Part shown: positions 27,344-37,987 of the stretch, piece after piece
How the letters are laid out: each line of letters begins with the position of its first letter
Numbering within the stretch: the first letter of the stretch is position 1
DNA from: Bacteriovoracia bacterium
GTDB lineage: Bacteria; Bdellovibrionota; UBA1018; JBFWNL01
Length of the DNA stretch: 64,000 nucleotides
Direction: 5' to 3'
Assembly (NCBI GenBank): GCA_050251055.1
Contig: JBFWNL010000001.1
Location: 75,825 to 139,824 of the forward strand
Translations under genes and position numbers: made by a program
Notes under the pieces: model-generated
Databases searched by the model: none
Told to the model about the DNA's origin: nothing
What the model saw: only the letters and a program-made list of their open reading frames with translations

Positions 27344-29212
27344 ATGGCCAAAGCAACGAAATCGATCACCACAAGCAGTACTGCTGAGTACTTTTCTAAG
27401 AATCTTCAACAAGTAGGCTTTTCCTCCCAGACCAAGGCTGTGCTGACGACGCTCAAGGAAGCCGTCGATAACGCGCTGGATGCTTGCGAAGAAGAAGGCA
27501 TCCTCCCGGAAATCTGGGTGGATGTGGAAAAGGTGGGTGCGGGTTCACTCAAGAATTCCGACCAGATCCGTATTCGCGTCTTAGACAACGGGCCTGGCAT
27601 CGACAGCGAAGACGTGCCGAAGGTGTTCGGCGAGTATTTAGCTTCTTCGAAGTTTGGGCGCGGACGCTGCTCCCGGGGTCAGCAAGGGATCGGGATTTCA
27701 GCGGCCACGACCTGGGCCCAGCTGACGAGCGCCACGGGCGCGCGCGTGATCACCAAGACGAAGGCGATGCGGAAAGCGTTTTCGGCCGTGGTCGAAGTCG
27801 ACATCAAGCACAATAAAGGTTCTTTGAAAGAGAAAGAAACGATCGACTGGGATCGGCCGCACGGCACCTCGGTCGAATTCGTCATCGATGGGCGCATTCA
27901 GCTCAACGGGGAAGCGGGCCTGATTAACTATCTGAACGGCAACGTGCTCGTAAATCCGCACCTGACCCTTCATTATAAGCTTCCGTCCAGCGACGCCGAA
28001 AATCCGACGAAGGATTACACGACGGTCGAGCGCGTTACCCAGGAGATCCCGCACATCCCCAATGCCACCGAACCGCACCCGCATACGATGAAACTGGGCG
28101 AATTCATTGCGCACTCGCACCTCTTCGGGAAGACGAAGACCTCGGGTTGGTTGAAGAACGGCTTTTCCCGCGTGAGCGACATGGTTATCGGCCAGATGGT
28201 TTCCGAGCAGAAAGTGCCAAAGAGTTTATTCGAGAAGCCGGTGGATAGTTTGAACGAGACCGAGTTCAAACAACTATTTACGGCGATCCAAAACCTGAAG
28301 CTCATGGCCCCGTCGACCTCGTCAGTGCTCTCCATTGGCGAAGAGGCGATGGCAAAAAGCATCAAGCGCCTGGGCGCGATCGATTTCTTTTCGGTCGTGA
28401 GCCGCAAACCCACCATCTGCGACTTCAAGCCCGTTCAGATTGAAGTCGCGGTCGCGCGCCTGGAGGAAAAAGGCGCCGACATGGAAGCCCCCGTGCAGGT
28501 TTTGCGTTTTGCCAACCGTGTGCCGCTGCAGTTCGATAAGTCGGCCTGCGCGATCGTGCAGGCGGTGAGCACCGTCGCCTGGCGCTCCTACGGCCTGGCG
28601 CAGCCGCGCGACGCTCTCCCGCTGGGGCCCTATATCGTCGCCGTGAGCGTGGTGTCGCCCTTCATTAAGTTTAAGAATGCCTCGAAGGAAACGATCGACG
28701 CCTCCGACGAGCTCGTGGAAGAAATCCGCCGCGCGCTCATGCAGGCGGGCCAGAAGCTCTCGCGCCACATCCGCGCGGAAGGCAAGGCGGCCGAGTTAGA
28801 AGAGAAGATCCGGCACATCGAGCAGTTCGGCCCGATCTTGGTCGAAGGCCTGGCGCGGATTTCGAAGGCGCCGGAAACCCGTAAAAAGAAAGCGGCCGAG
28901 GGGCTGCGCAAGCTCTTAGGCCGCGACGCCGAGGAGACCGAAAAGCAGCTGACCGACGCGGCGGCCAAGCTCGAGGCCCAGAAGGCTTCCGATAAGAAGC
29001 GTCAGGGCATTGCCGACGACGAGAGCGGCGCCGACGTGGTGGATATGCATGCCATGGCGGAAGAAGCGCACGAGGCGGTGGAGAAAGAGGCCAAGGGCGG
29101 GAAGAAATCCGCCAAGGAGGCTAAGGCCTCCGCCAAGAAGGCCGAAAAAAAAACCGAGAAAAAAAAAGACAAGCCCGCCGCTAAAGGCAAAGGGCAAATG
29201 GAATTATTCTAA
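27344..29212 (+). CDS. top6B: DNA topoisomerase VI subunit B
   Basis: GHKL motifs KEAVDNALDA, DNGPGI, SRGQQGIGIS, HGT; PHPH; RFANRVPL; FKNASKE transducer Lys. Confidence 0.95.
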   Translation: MAKATKSITTSSTAEYFSKNLQQVGFSSQTKAVLTTLKEAVDNALDACEEEGILPEIWVDVEKVGAGSLKNSDQIRIRVLDNGPGIDSEDVPKVFGEYLASSKFGRGRCSRGQQGIGISAATTWAQLTSATGARVITKTKAMRKAFSAVVEVDIKHNKGSLKEKETIDWDRPHGTSVEFVIDGRIQLNGEAGLINYLNGNVLVNPHLTLHYKLPSSDAENPTKDYTTVERVTQEIPHIPNATEPHPHTMKLGEFIAHSHLFGKTKTSGWLKNGFSRVSDMVIGQMVSEQKVPKSLFEKPVDSLNETEFKQLFTAIQNLKLMAPSTSSVLSIGEEAMAKSIKRLGAIDFFSVVSRKPTICDFKPVQIEVAVARLEEKGADMEAPVQVLRFANRVPLQFDKSACAIVQAVSTVAWRSYGLAQPRDALPLGPYIVAVSVVSPFIKFKNASKETIDASDELVEEIRRALMQAGQKLSRHIRAEGKAAELEEKIRHIEQFGPILVEGLARISKAPETRKKKAAEGLRKLLGRDAEETEKQLTDAAAKLEAQKASDKKRQGIADDESGADVVDMHAMAEEAHEAVEKEAKGGKKSAKEAKASAKKAEKKTEKKKDKPAAKGKGQMELF

Positions 29213-29227
29213 AGGACTCGACTAAAA

Positions 29228-30379
29228 ATGGCAGCCATCGGAAATAACGTAGAGATCCCGAAAATTTCGAAAGAGTTGTGCAACCGCCTGCTCGCCGACC
29301 TGGAGAAGGCGCGCCGGCCCGTGCTGGAGGCCACGAAGTGCGCGCTCGACAACTGCGAGTACAACCACAAGGTGGGCTTTCTCACCCCGGGCGACAAGAA
29401 GGTGCGCACGGAGCTGAACGTGAGCTCGGTAAAGAAAATGTCGCGCGCAATTTTCCTGCTGGAGATCCTGCTGCGGAACCTCGAGAGCGGCGCCATCAAC
29501 ACGAAGCGCGAACTTTACTACATCAGCAAGGGCGAGATTAAGCATAACCCCACGCTCAAGCCGCTCGACTTCGGAGACCAGGACGAGTCCGACGCCTCGA
29601 TCGATTTCATCTGCGAGCTATTGGAGTGCTATCGCGAGGAAGTGAATTGCTACGCCAACGACCGCGGCGGCCAAACGTATTCCAACCAGCTTGTGGTGAC
29701 GGAAAGCTTGCCGGACGGCGGCAAGGCCGTGATCGATCTCTCTAAGCTCGGCACCTCGCCGTTCCAGCCAAAGAACCGGCCGCAGAATCTGAAGCTCTCA
29801 GCCAAGAAGAAGATCGATTTCTGCGTGATCGTGGAATCCGAAGGCACGGCCAACACCCTCGTGGCCAATGGGTTCACGAAGCGCCATAACTGCATCCTGA
29901 TCGGTTCCGGGGGCGTGCCTTCGAACGCCGTACGTGGCTGGGCCAAGCGCATCTCCGATCAGTTGAAAACCCCTTTGTACTTTTTCGGCGATCTGGACGC
30001 GTACACCTTGCAGAACATCTACCGTACGCTGAAGGCGGGTTCGGCCGCTTCGCTCATTCGCAACTCGGAATTCTGCGCGCCCGAGGTGCGTTTCCTGGGC
30101 GTGCTGCCCGAGGATATCAAGAAGTACGACCTGAACGATTACCCTGTGAAGGAAAACGACATGCAGGAAGTGCGGGCGCTTAAGAAAGCACGCGATGCCC
30201 TGGATAACGACCCTTTCTTCAAAGACAAGAAGAACAAGGGCCTGTCGGACATCCTGCACTGGTTGCTGAAGAACAAGCGCCGCTGCGAGCAGCAGGCCTT
30301 CTTTACGGTCGATCCGCGCGATCCGACCATGCCCGAGAAGATCATCGTCGAGAAGATCAAGAAGGGCGTTTACGTCTAA
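29228..30379 (+). CDS. top6A: DNA topoisomerase VI subunit A (Spo11-like)
   Basis: TKRELYY (catalytic Tyr); TOPRIM VESEG and FGDLDAY; lies 15 bp downstream of top6B. Confidence 0.93.
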   Translation: MAAIGNNVEIPKISKELCNRLLADLEKARRPVLEATKCALDNCEYNHKVGFLTPGDKKVRTELNVSSVKKMSRAIFLLEILLRNLESGAINTKRELYYISKGEIKHNPTLKPLDFGDQDESDASIDFICELLECYREEVNCYANDRGGQTYSNQLVVTESLPDGGKAVIDLSKLGTSPFQPKNRPQNLKLSAKKKIDFCVIVESEGTANTLVANGFTKRHNCILIGSGGVPSNAVRGWAKRISDQLKTPLYFFGDLDAYTLQNIYRTLKAGSAASLIRNSEFCAPEVRFLGVLPEDIKKYDLNDYPVKENDMQEVRALKKARDALDNDPFFKDKKNKGLSDILHWLLKNKRRCEQQAFFTVDPRDPTMPEKIIVEKIKKGVYV

Positions 30380-30438
30380 AAATTGACGCCGTTTTTGGGT
30401 TTGTCGCGGCGACGCCGTTCGTTATCCTTATACATAGC

Positions 30439-31770
30439 GTGCGTCGTTTAATCGCTTTTCTTCAAATTCCCATTTTCTTTTTGGCCGTCACGCTGACGGC
30501 CGGGTCTGCGCGCGCGATTGATCCTGATTGCCTGAGAACCGCGGCGAGCGACGGAATCGCCCGCGTGGCGTTGGCCGGATTCAAAGCGAATCAGGAAGCC
30601 GTCCAAAAAAACTTTGAACTGATGGGGATCGCCCGCAACGGCCCGGCTTCGTTGAACCGGAGCAGTCTGGGGTTGCTGTTTGAGCACGGGGTGATGGTTC
30701 CGGGCGGATCACCCACCGCTCAGCTGGAGCTCGCGGAGATTCTCTGCCAGCCGCATGCCGGGCTGCCGGAGTTGCGTAAGCACCTTGACGACTGGGCCAC
30801 GCGCCATGGAGTCGGCTATAAGTTCGCATTTCCCGCCGACATCGATAAAAAAGCGAACGAGTACTTCGCAAAGGGCCTGATCGCGTCCGATCAGGGCGTC
30901 GCTCCGAACGGGTTCGTGCAGCCCGATCTTTATGCGCAGCTTGCCCGGGACGGGTACTATCCGATCGCCGATCCGCATGACGTGACCTCCCACGTCGCCT
31001 CGCTCACGGATCCTGTCTTCCGCCGAAACTTCGGACGCATGGTGGCCCAGCTCAATGAGCTGGAAGGAAAACTCGGGCGCGCGAGCCCGATCCTGATTCG
31101 GGGCATGCGCGACAGCGACGATGTCGCCAAGCAAGGGTATTCCCGGTTGTGGGGGCATCTTTCCCAGACCGTGCGGGATTCCACCCACGAAAATTGGACT
31201 TACCTGGTGAAGGACGCCCAGGGAAAACCGCGGCTTTTCATGCAGGGAAATTCGACTTTCAACGCGATTACCCTGGACTGGATGGTCGCCGGCCAGGCGA
31301 ATGACACGAACTTCGTCATACGGCTGCTGAATCGGGGAGGGGATTTCTCCACGGCCCCGGGGCGTATTCCAAACTACGCGACGGAAGATCTGGACGAATT
31401 GCGCTCCATCGGCGTTTATCTCAAGCAACCGGGGGCCCAAGCTCGCTACGATAGATATAAGCGTGCCCTAGTGGAAAACGGGATGGATCGGGAGGCGCAG
31501 GGGCAGGCGTCGGAAAAGCTTCGCGGATTTGTTGCCGCGAAACGGCGCGAGCTCGACCAGGGTTTTGGCAGCCCTCGGCCCTACACGGAGACCGAGGTAC
31601 AGAAACTGTTGCAGGATCTGGCAGTTTTCATTGATAGGGACCCTCAGCTCTCGCGTATTTTCAGTCAGGCGTCGAAGCAGGAGCTTTTTGAGGCGGCCAT
31701 GGAGTTCACCGAAGACTACCAGAAGTTTCTGGATCGCTACGTCGAAGTGATGGGCGGCGGCCGAAAATAA
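30439..31770 (+). CDS. Hypothetical secreted protein
   Basis: 443-aa ORF; signal peptide ending ARA|IDPDC; DPHDVTSH motif. Confidence 0.7.
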   Translation: MRRLIAFLQIPIFFLAVTLTAGSARAIDPDCLRTAASDGIARVALAGFKANQEAVQKNFELMGIARNGPASLNRSSLGLLFEHGVMVPGGSPTAQLELAEILCQPHAGLPELRKHLDDWATRHGVGYKFAFPADIDKKANEYFAKGLIASDQGVAPNGFVQPDLYAQLARDGYYPIADPHDVTSHVASLTDPVFRRNFGRMVAQLNELEGKLGRASPILIRGMRDSDDVAKQGYSRLWGHLSQTVRDSTHENWTYLVKDAQGKPRLFMQGNSTFNAITLDWMVAGQANDTNFVIRLLNRGGDFSTAPGRIPNYATEDLDELRSIGVYLKQPGAQARYDRYKRALVENGMDREAQGQASEKLRGFVAAKRRELDQGFGSPRPYTETEVQKLLQDLAVFIDRDPQLSRIFSQASKQELFEAAMEFTEDYQKFLDRYVEVMGGGRK

Positions 31771-31801
31771 AAAGCCCCCGCGACTTGCGCCGCGGAGGCT
31801 T
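31769..31801 (-). terminator. Intrinsic terminator downstream of the histone gene
   Basis: Minus strand AAGCCTCCGCGGC-GCAA-GTCGCGGGGGCTT, then TTTA; the stem includes G-U pairs. Confidence 0.75.
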
Positions 31802-31827
31802 CTTCATATTCAATCTAAACGAGTCGC

Positions 31828-32031
31828 TTAGCCGAAATCGCGGTCCATGACGGTCTTGCGGCCGTCGGACTTCGCATTTTCCATGGCTTGATCGCAGAGG
31901 TTGCGGATCTTTGCCGAGAGCGCCTCCATGACGTTGCTCGAAGTGTTCATGCCGGACTTGTCGCGGATGTACTTCTTGAGCTTCGAAATCACGACCAATA
32001 CTTCTCCACCAGTTGCTTGTTCTTCAGACAT
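31828..32031 (-). CDS. Bacterial histone-fold protein (Bd0055/HBb-like)
   Basis: 67 aa EVLVVISKLKKYIRDKSGMNTS...AMENAKSDGRKTVMDRDF with the RKTVxxxD histone signature; resembles Bdellovibrio Bd0055 as I recall it; strong AGGAGG RBS. Confidence 0.9.
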   Translation of the reverse strand: MSEEQATGGEVLVVISKLKKYIRDKSGMNTSSNVMEALSAKIRNLCDQAMENAKSDGRKTVMDRDFG

Positions 32032-32055
32032 GGAATGCCTCCTCTTTCAAAAAAG

Positions 32056-32454
32056 TTACTTCACTTCCAAAAGTTCTACTTCGAAAACCAGGGTTGAGTT
32101 GGGGGGGATCGCGCCGCCGGCGCCGCGCTCGCCGTATGCCATATCCGGCGGGATGGTGAGCTTGCGCTTGCCGCCGACCTTCATTCCGGCCACGCCTTTG
32201 TCCCAGCCGGGGATCACACGGCCTTCGCCCAGGGGAAACTCAAATGGTACACCGCGGTCGAGCGACGAGTCGAACTTCGTGCCGTTCGTCAGCCAACCCG
32301 TGTAGTGCACCTTCACGCTCTTGCCTGCGGCGGCTTCGGCGCCGTCGCCGACTTTGAGGTCTTCAGACTTCAGGGACGGCTTGCTCGTGCAGGCGGCGAG
32401 AGCAACCGTGCAGACGAGAGTGGCCAGGAAACTTTTCAACGAGACAGAGCGCAT
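32056..32454 (-). CDS. FKBP-type peptidyl-prolyl isomerase (lipoprotein)
   Basis: [41 protein letters not shown]; lipobox LAAC. Confidence 0.95.
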   Translation of the reverse strand: MRSVSLKSFLATLVCTVALAACTSKPSLKSEDLKVGDGAEAAAGKSVKVHYTGWLTNGTKFDSSLDRGVPFEFPLGEGRVIPGWDKGVAGMKVGGKRKLTIPPDMAYGERGAGGAIPPNSTLVFEVELLEVK

Positions 32455-32637
32455 GCTTTCCTCCAGATTATCTTTACCAGATCACTTATAAACGACATGA
32501 GCGGTTCCGAAAAACCATAGCCGTTTTAAACCGACTTGAACAGCGATGAAATGGCGCCGCGGCTTATGGCTGATCAAAAAAAACAGGTTTCATAACTCGT
32601 TGTGTTGCAAGCGGAGTCGAGGCAGAATCTCCAGTAC

Positions 32638-33432
32638 ATGGGTTACTTCGAAGCGTTTCTCTTCGGTTTAGTGCAAGGCATTACCGAGTACTTGCCAGTG
32701 AGTTCATCCGCGCATTTGATCCTGCTGCCGCGCTTTTTGGGCACGACGGACCCCGGGCTGACCTTCGACGTGTTTTTGCATGTCGGCACCTTGTTCGCGA
32801 CCCTCGCGTATTTCTGGCGGGATTGGCTGGGAATTCTGCGCGATCCGAAGGGGCTCTTTAAGTTCGACGGCGAAGGCGTGACCTTAGGGGTGCTTGCGGT
32901 GGCGACGCTGCCAGCGCTGATCTTCGGCGCGGCTTTGCATGGGTTTATCGAGACGAGTTTGCGTGCGAATGCCGTGCTGGTGTGTTCGCTTTCGTTAGGC
33001 GGGCTACTACTTTACGTCGTAGATGCGAAAGCTCGCCAGGATCGCGCGTTTGAAACGATACGACTTCGCGACGCGCTTTGGGTGGGCCTGTTCCAATGCC
33101 TCGCGCTCATTCCCGGCGTATCCCGCTCGGGTTCGACCATGATTGGTGGCCGCGCACGGGGTTTGGATCGGGCGGCCGCCGCGCGTTTTTCGTTTTTACT
33201 TTCGGCGCCGGTGACGGGAGCCGCGGTCGTATTTGAAATGCGCCATTGGCGGCAGCTCGTGGAAGGGGTGGGTGACATCGGCCCGCTCCTGGTGGCAGGT
33301 GGCTCGTCGTTCGTGTTTGGGATGCTGGCGATCGGCGGACTTTTGCGCGTGGTGAAACGCTTCGGCTACCTGAGCTTCGCCGCATACCGGGTAGCCCTAG
33401 CGGTTGTGATTGCGCTCTACCTGGGGCTCTAG
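32638..33432 (+). CDS. uppP: Undecaprenyl-diphosphate phosphatase
   Basis: GLVQGITEYLPVSSSAHL; PGVSRSGST; RFSFLLSAP. Confidence 0.95.
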   Translation: MGYFEAFLFGLVQGITEYLPVSSSAHLILLPRFLGTTDPGLTFDVFLHVGTLFATLAYFWRDWLGILRDPKGLFKFDGEGVTLGVLAVATLPALIFGAALHGFIETSLRANAVLVCSLSLGGLLLYVVDAKARQDRAFETIRLRDALWVGLFQCLALIPGVSRSGSTMIGGRARGLDRAAAARFSFLLSAPVTGAAVVFEMRHWRQLVEGVGDIGPLLVAGGSSFVFGMLAIGGLLRVVKRFGYLSFAAYRVALAVVIALYLGL

Positions 33433-33438
33433 CTGTTC

Positions 33439-33726
33439 TTAGTCCAGGGTGTTGCCCGGGCTTTTCTTCTTTTCCGTCTTCTTGCCCTTCGGCACCGCGA
33501 GGATATTCTTCTTCACGAGATCTTTCTTCACCTTGACGTTCTCGTCGCGGGCGCCGCCCAGGAGCTCCTCGATCGCGCGCAGCTCGTCTTCCAGCTCCCA
33601 GCGGGCGAGCAGCATGACGGCTAGGTCTTCGTGGGTTTCCGGCGGTTTCATGCTTTCGTGCACCTTGATCTTGTGACGGATAGCGAGCGTGCGTTGAATG
33701 AGCTCGAGCTTGCGTAAGCGATCCAT
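33439..33726 (-). CDS. Small hypothetical helical protein, probably co-transcribed with acnA
   Basis: 95-aa ORF 12 bp downstream of acnA; amphipathic helices; Lys-rich tail. Confidence 0.7.
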   Translation of the reverse strand: MDRLRKLELIQRTLAIRHKIKVHESMKPPETHEDLAVMLLARWELEDELRAIEELLGGARDENVKVKKDLVKKNILAVPKGKKTEKKKSPGNTLD

Positions 33727-33738
33727 AGAAGTTCGTGC

Positions 33739-36456
<2,718 letters not shown>

Positions 36457-36523
36457 GACATTTCCCCTGTGTTTCCCCGATTTTAGCGAAAAAAGGGGGC
36501 GAGGGTAAGGCCAAAATATTTTT

Positions 36524-37876
36524 TTAAGACGGGGTGCGGCGTCGACTGAGCAAATAGACCATCCAGACGCCGAAAACCGCGAGAATCAGCGGCCGGAGCC
36601 ACAACCAGGTGTCCGGCCAGGGCCGCCCCGGCACGATCGCGGGTCCATTGTAGCCGATGAGACGCGTGACGAGTTCCGCTGGGCGATCACCTTCCACTCG
36701 AGCCAGTAAGTTGAGAGATTCGGTGAAAGCCTGGGCGGGAAAACCACCGGTGAGATCCTTGGTGCGCACGTTCTGCAACGGGACCATTTTTTTGACGGTC
36801 TCGGTTCCCAGGGGGTTCATCCGGCCGGAAATTTGGCCGGCGCCGGCCGGCCCGGCGGGTACGACCAGCATGTCGAGCGCGGGCAGGGCATCCGCGCCGA
36901 TTGTCGGCGCAAATTCCAGCCCGAACGCGGTGGGGACGAGCTCGCGCTTTTCGCCGACGCTCACCACGCGTGCGCCGGTGGTGCGCGGAAAGGTTTCCCC
37001 GACGGCCGCGGCGGCCAGGGCGCTCACGCCCGGATAAAGCAGGATACCCACCCCACGGCGAGTCCAGTCGTAACCCGCGGTGAGAAAGAGGGTCAAGGCG
37101 TCGCGGCTTCGCCAGCCAGCCCGCACGGTCGCCGCGGGTTTCCCTCGGCTGCGCGCGGACGGTTTATCGAATCCCAACGCCTGGCGCGCCTGCGCGGCCG
37201 GCCCGTCGCCCGCGGCGATCTCGACCGTGAGGAAGGCCGCGTCGATCGCTTCATAAATGCCCGCGGAGGTAATGAGATTGCCGTCGATCACGGTGCTTTC
37301 GTCATCGATCCAAGCTACCTCGGGATATTTAGTTCGCAGATCCTCCAGCGCGACGAAGTGACTGGTGGCGCGCCGGTTCGTAAGCTGGCCCGCGGCGGCG
37401 AGCAGGCGTGCGCCCTCGCCGTGGGCCAGGATCCACTTCGCCTTCGGAGCGAATTCCTTTACCCAGGCCACGAGCTTTTCTTCGGTGGGATCGAGTACGG
37501 ACGGCAGCACCAATAGATCCACGCGAGGAATCTCATCGAGTTCCGCCTCGGGTAAAATCGCGAGTTCGGTCGTCGTGGCGGAAAGCTTACGCGTGGGTGC
37601 CGCGGTCACGACCTGAAAGGCGCCGGAGGCGGCGATGATCTCATAGCTCGCGGCAAGCTCGGTGATCTGCGTGCCGAGATTGCTCACGACAATGACGGCC
37701 AGCGGGCGCGAGGGTTTCAGATTTGCGTGCGGCGGCGGCAGGGGTAGCGCTTCGGGTTCGCCGTGAGTCATCAAGCCTTTCAGCACCATCAGCGCCACGA
37801 GCATTCCCACGAAAAGCGGGGGGAGTAGGAAACCAAAAAAGTAGGCAAGTGCACGACTTATATGGAAAAAACGCAT
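36524..37876 (-). CDS. Membrane-anchored tandem DJ-1/PfpI-family protein
   Basis: N- and C-terminal TM segments; RRATSHF, IDGNLITSAGI; a second degenerate DJ-1 domain; no nucleophile Cys (AHGEGA). Confidence 0.75.
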   Translation of the reverse strand: MRFFHISRALAYFFGFLLPPLFVGMLVALMVLKGLMTHGEPEALPLPPPHANLKPSRPLAVIVVSNLGTQITELAASYEIIAASGAFQVVTAAPTRKLSATTTELAILPEAELDEIPRVDLLVLPSVLDPTEEKLVAWVKEFAPKAKWILAHGEGARLLAAAGQLTNRRATSHFVALEDLRTKYPEVAWIDDESTVIDGNLITSAGIYEAIDAAFLTVEIAAGDGPAAQARQALGFDKPSARSRGKPAATVRAGWRSRDALTLFLTAGYDWTRRGVGILLYPGVSALAAAAVGETFPRTTGARVVSVGEKRELVPTAFGLEFAPTIGADALPALDMLVVPAGPAGAGQISGRMNPLGTETVKKMVPLQNVRTKDLTGGFPAQAFTESLNLLARVEGDRPAELVTRLIGYNGPAIVPGRPWPDTWLWLRPLILAVFGVWMVYLLSRRRTPS

Positions 37877-37987
37877 TCATCAGTCATATACACCTGAGGG
37901 GGCCTAGCCAAGGGCCTTTTCTAGACTTCCTGCGGCGTAGATGGTACGCACCGCGTTGGTTATTTCAATTGGGGAATCGGGGTGAAG

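Noticed and set aside
31828-32454. FKBP next to the histone as a histone chaperone, by analogy with eukaryotic nucleoplasmin-FKBPs
   Set aside because: This FKBP has a lipoprotein signal (LAAC) and no acidic domain, so it is in a different compartment from the histone.
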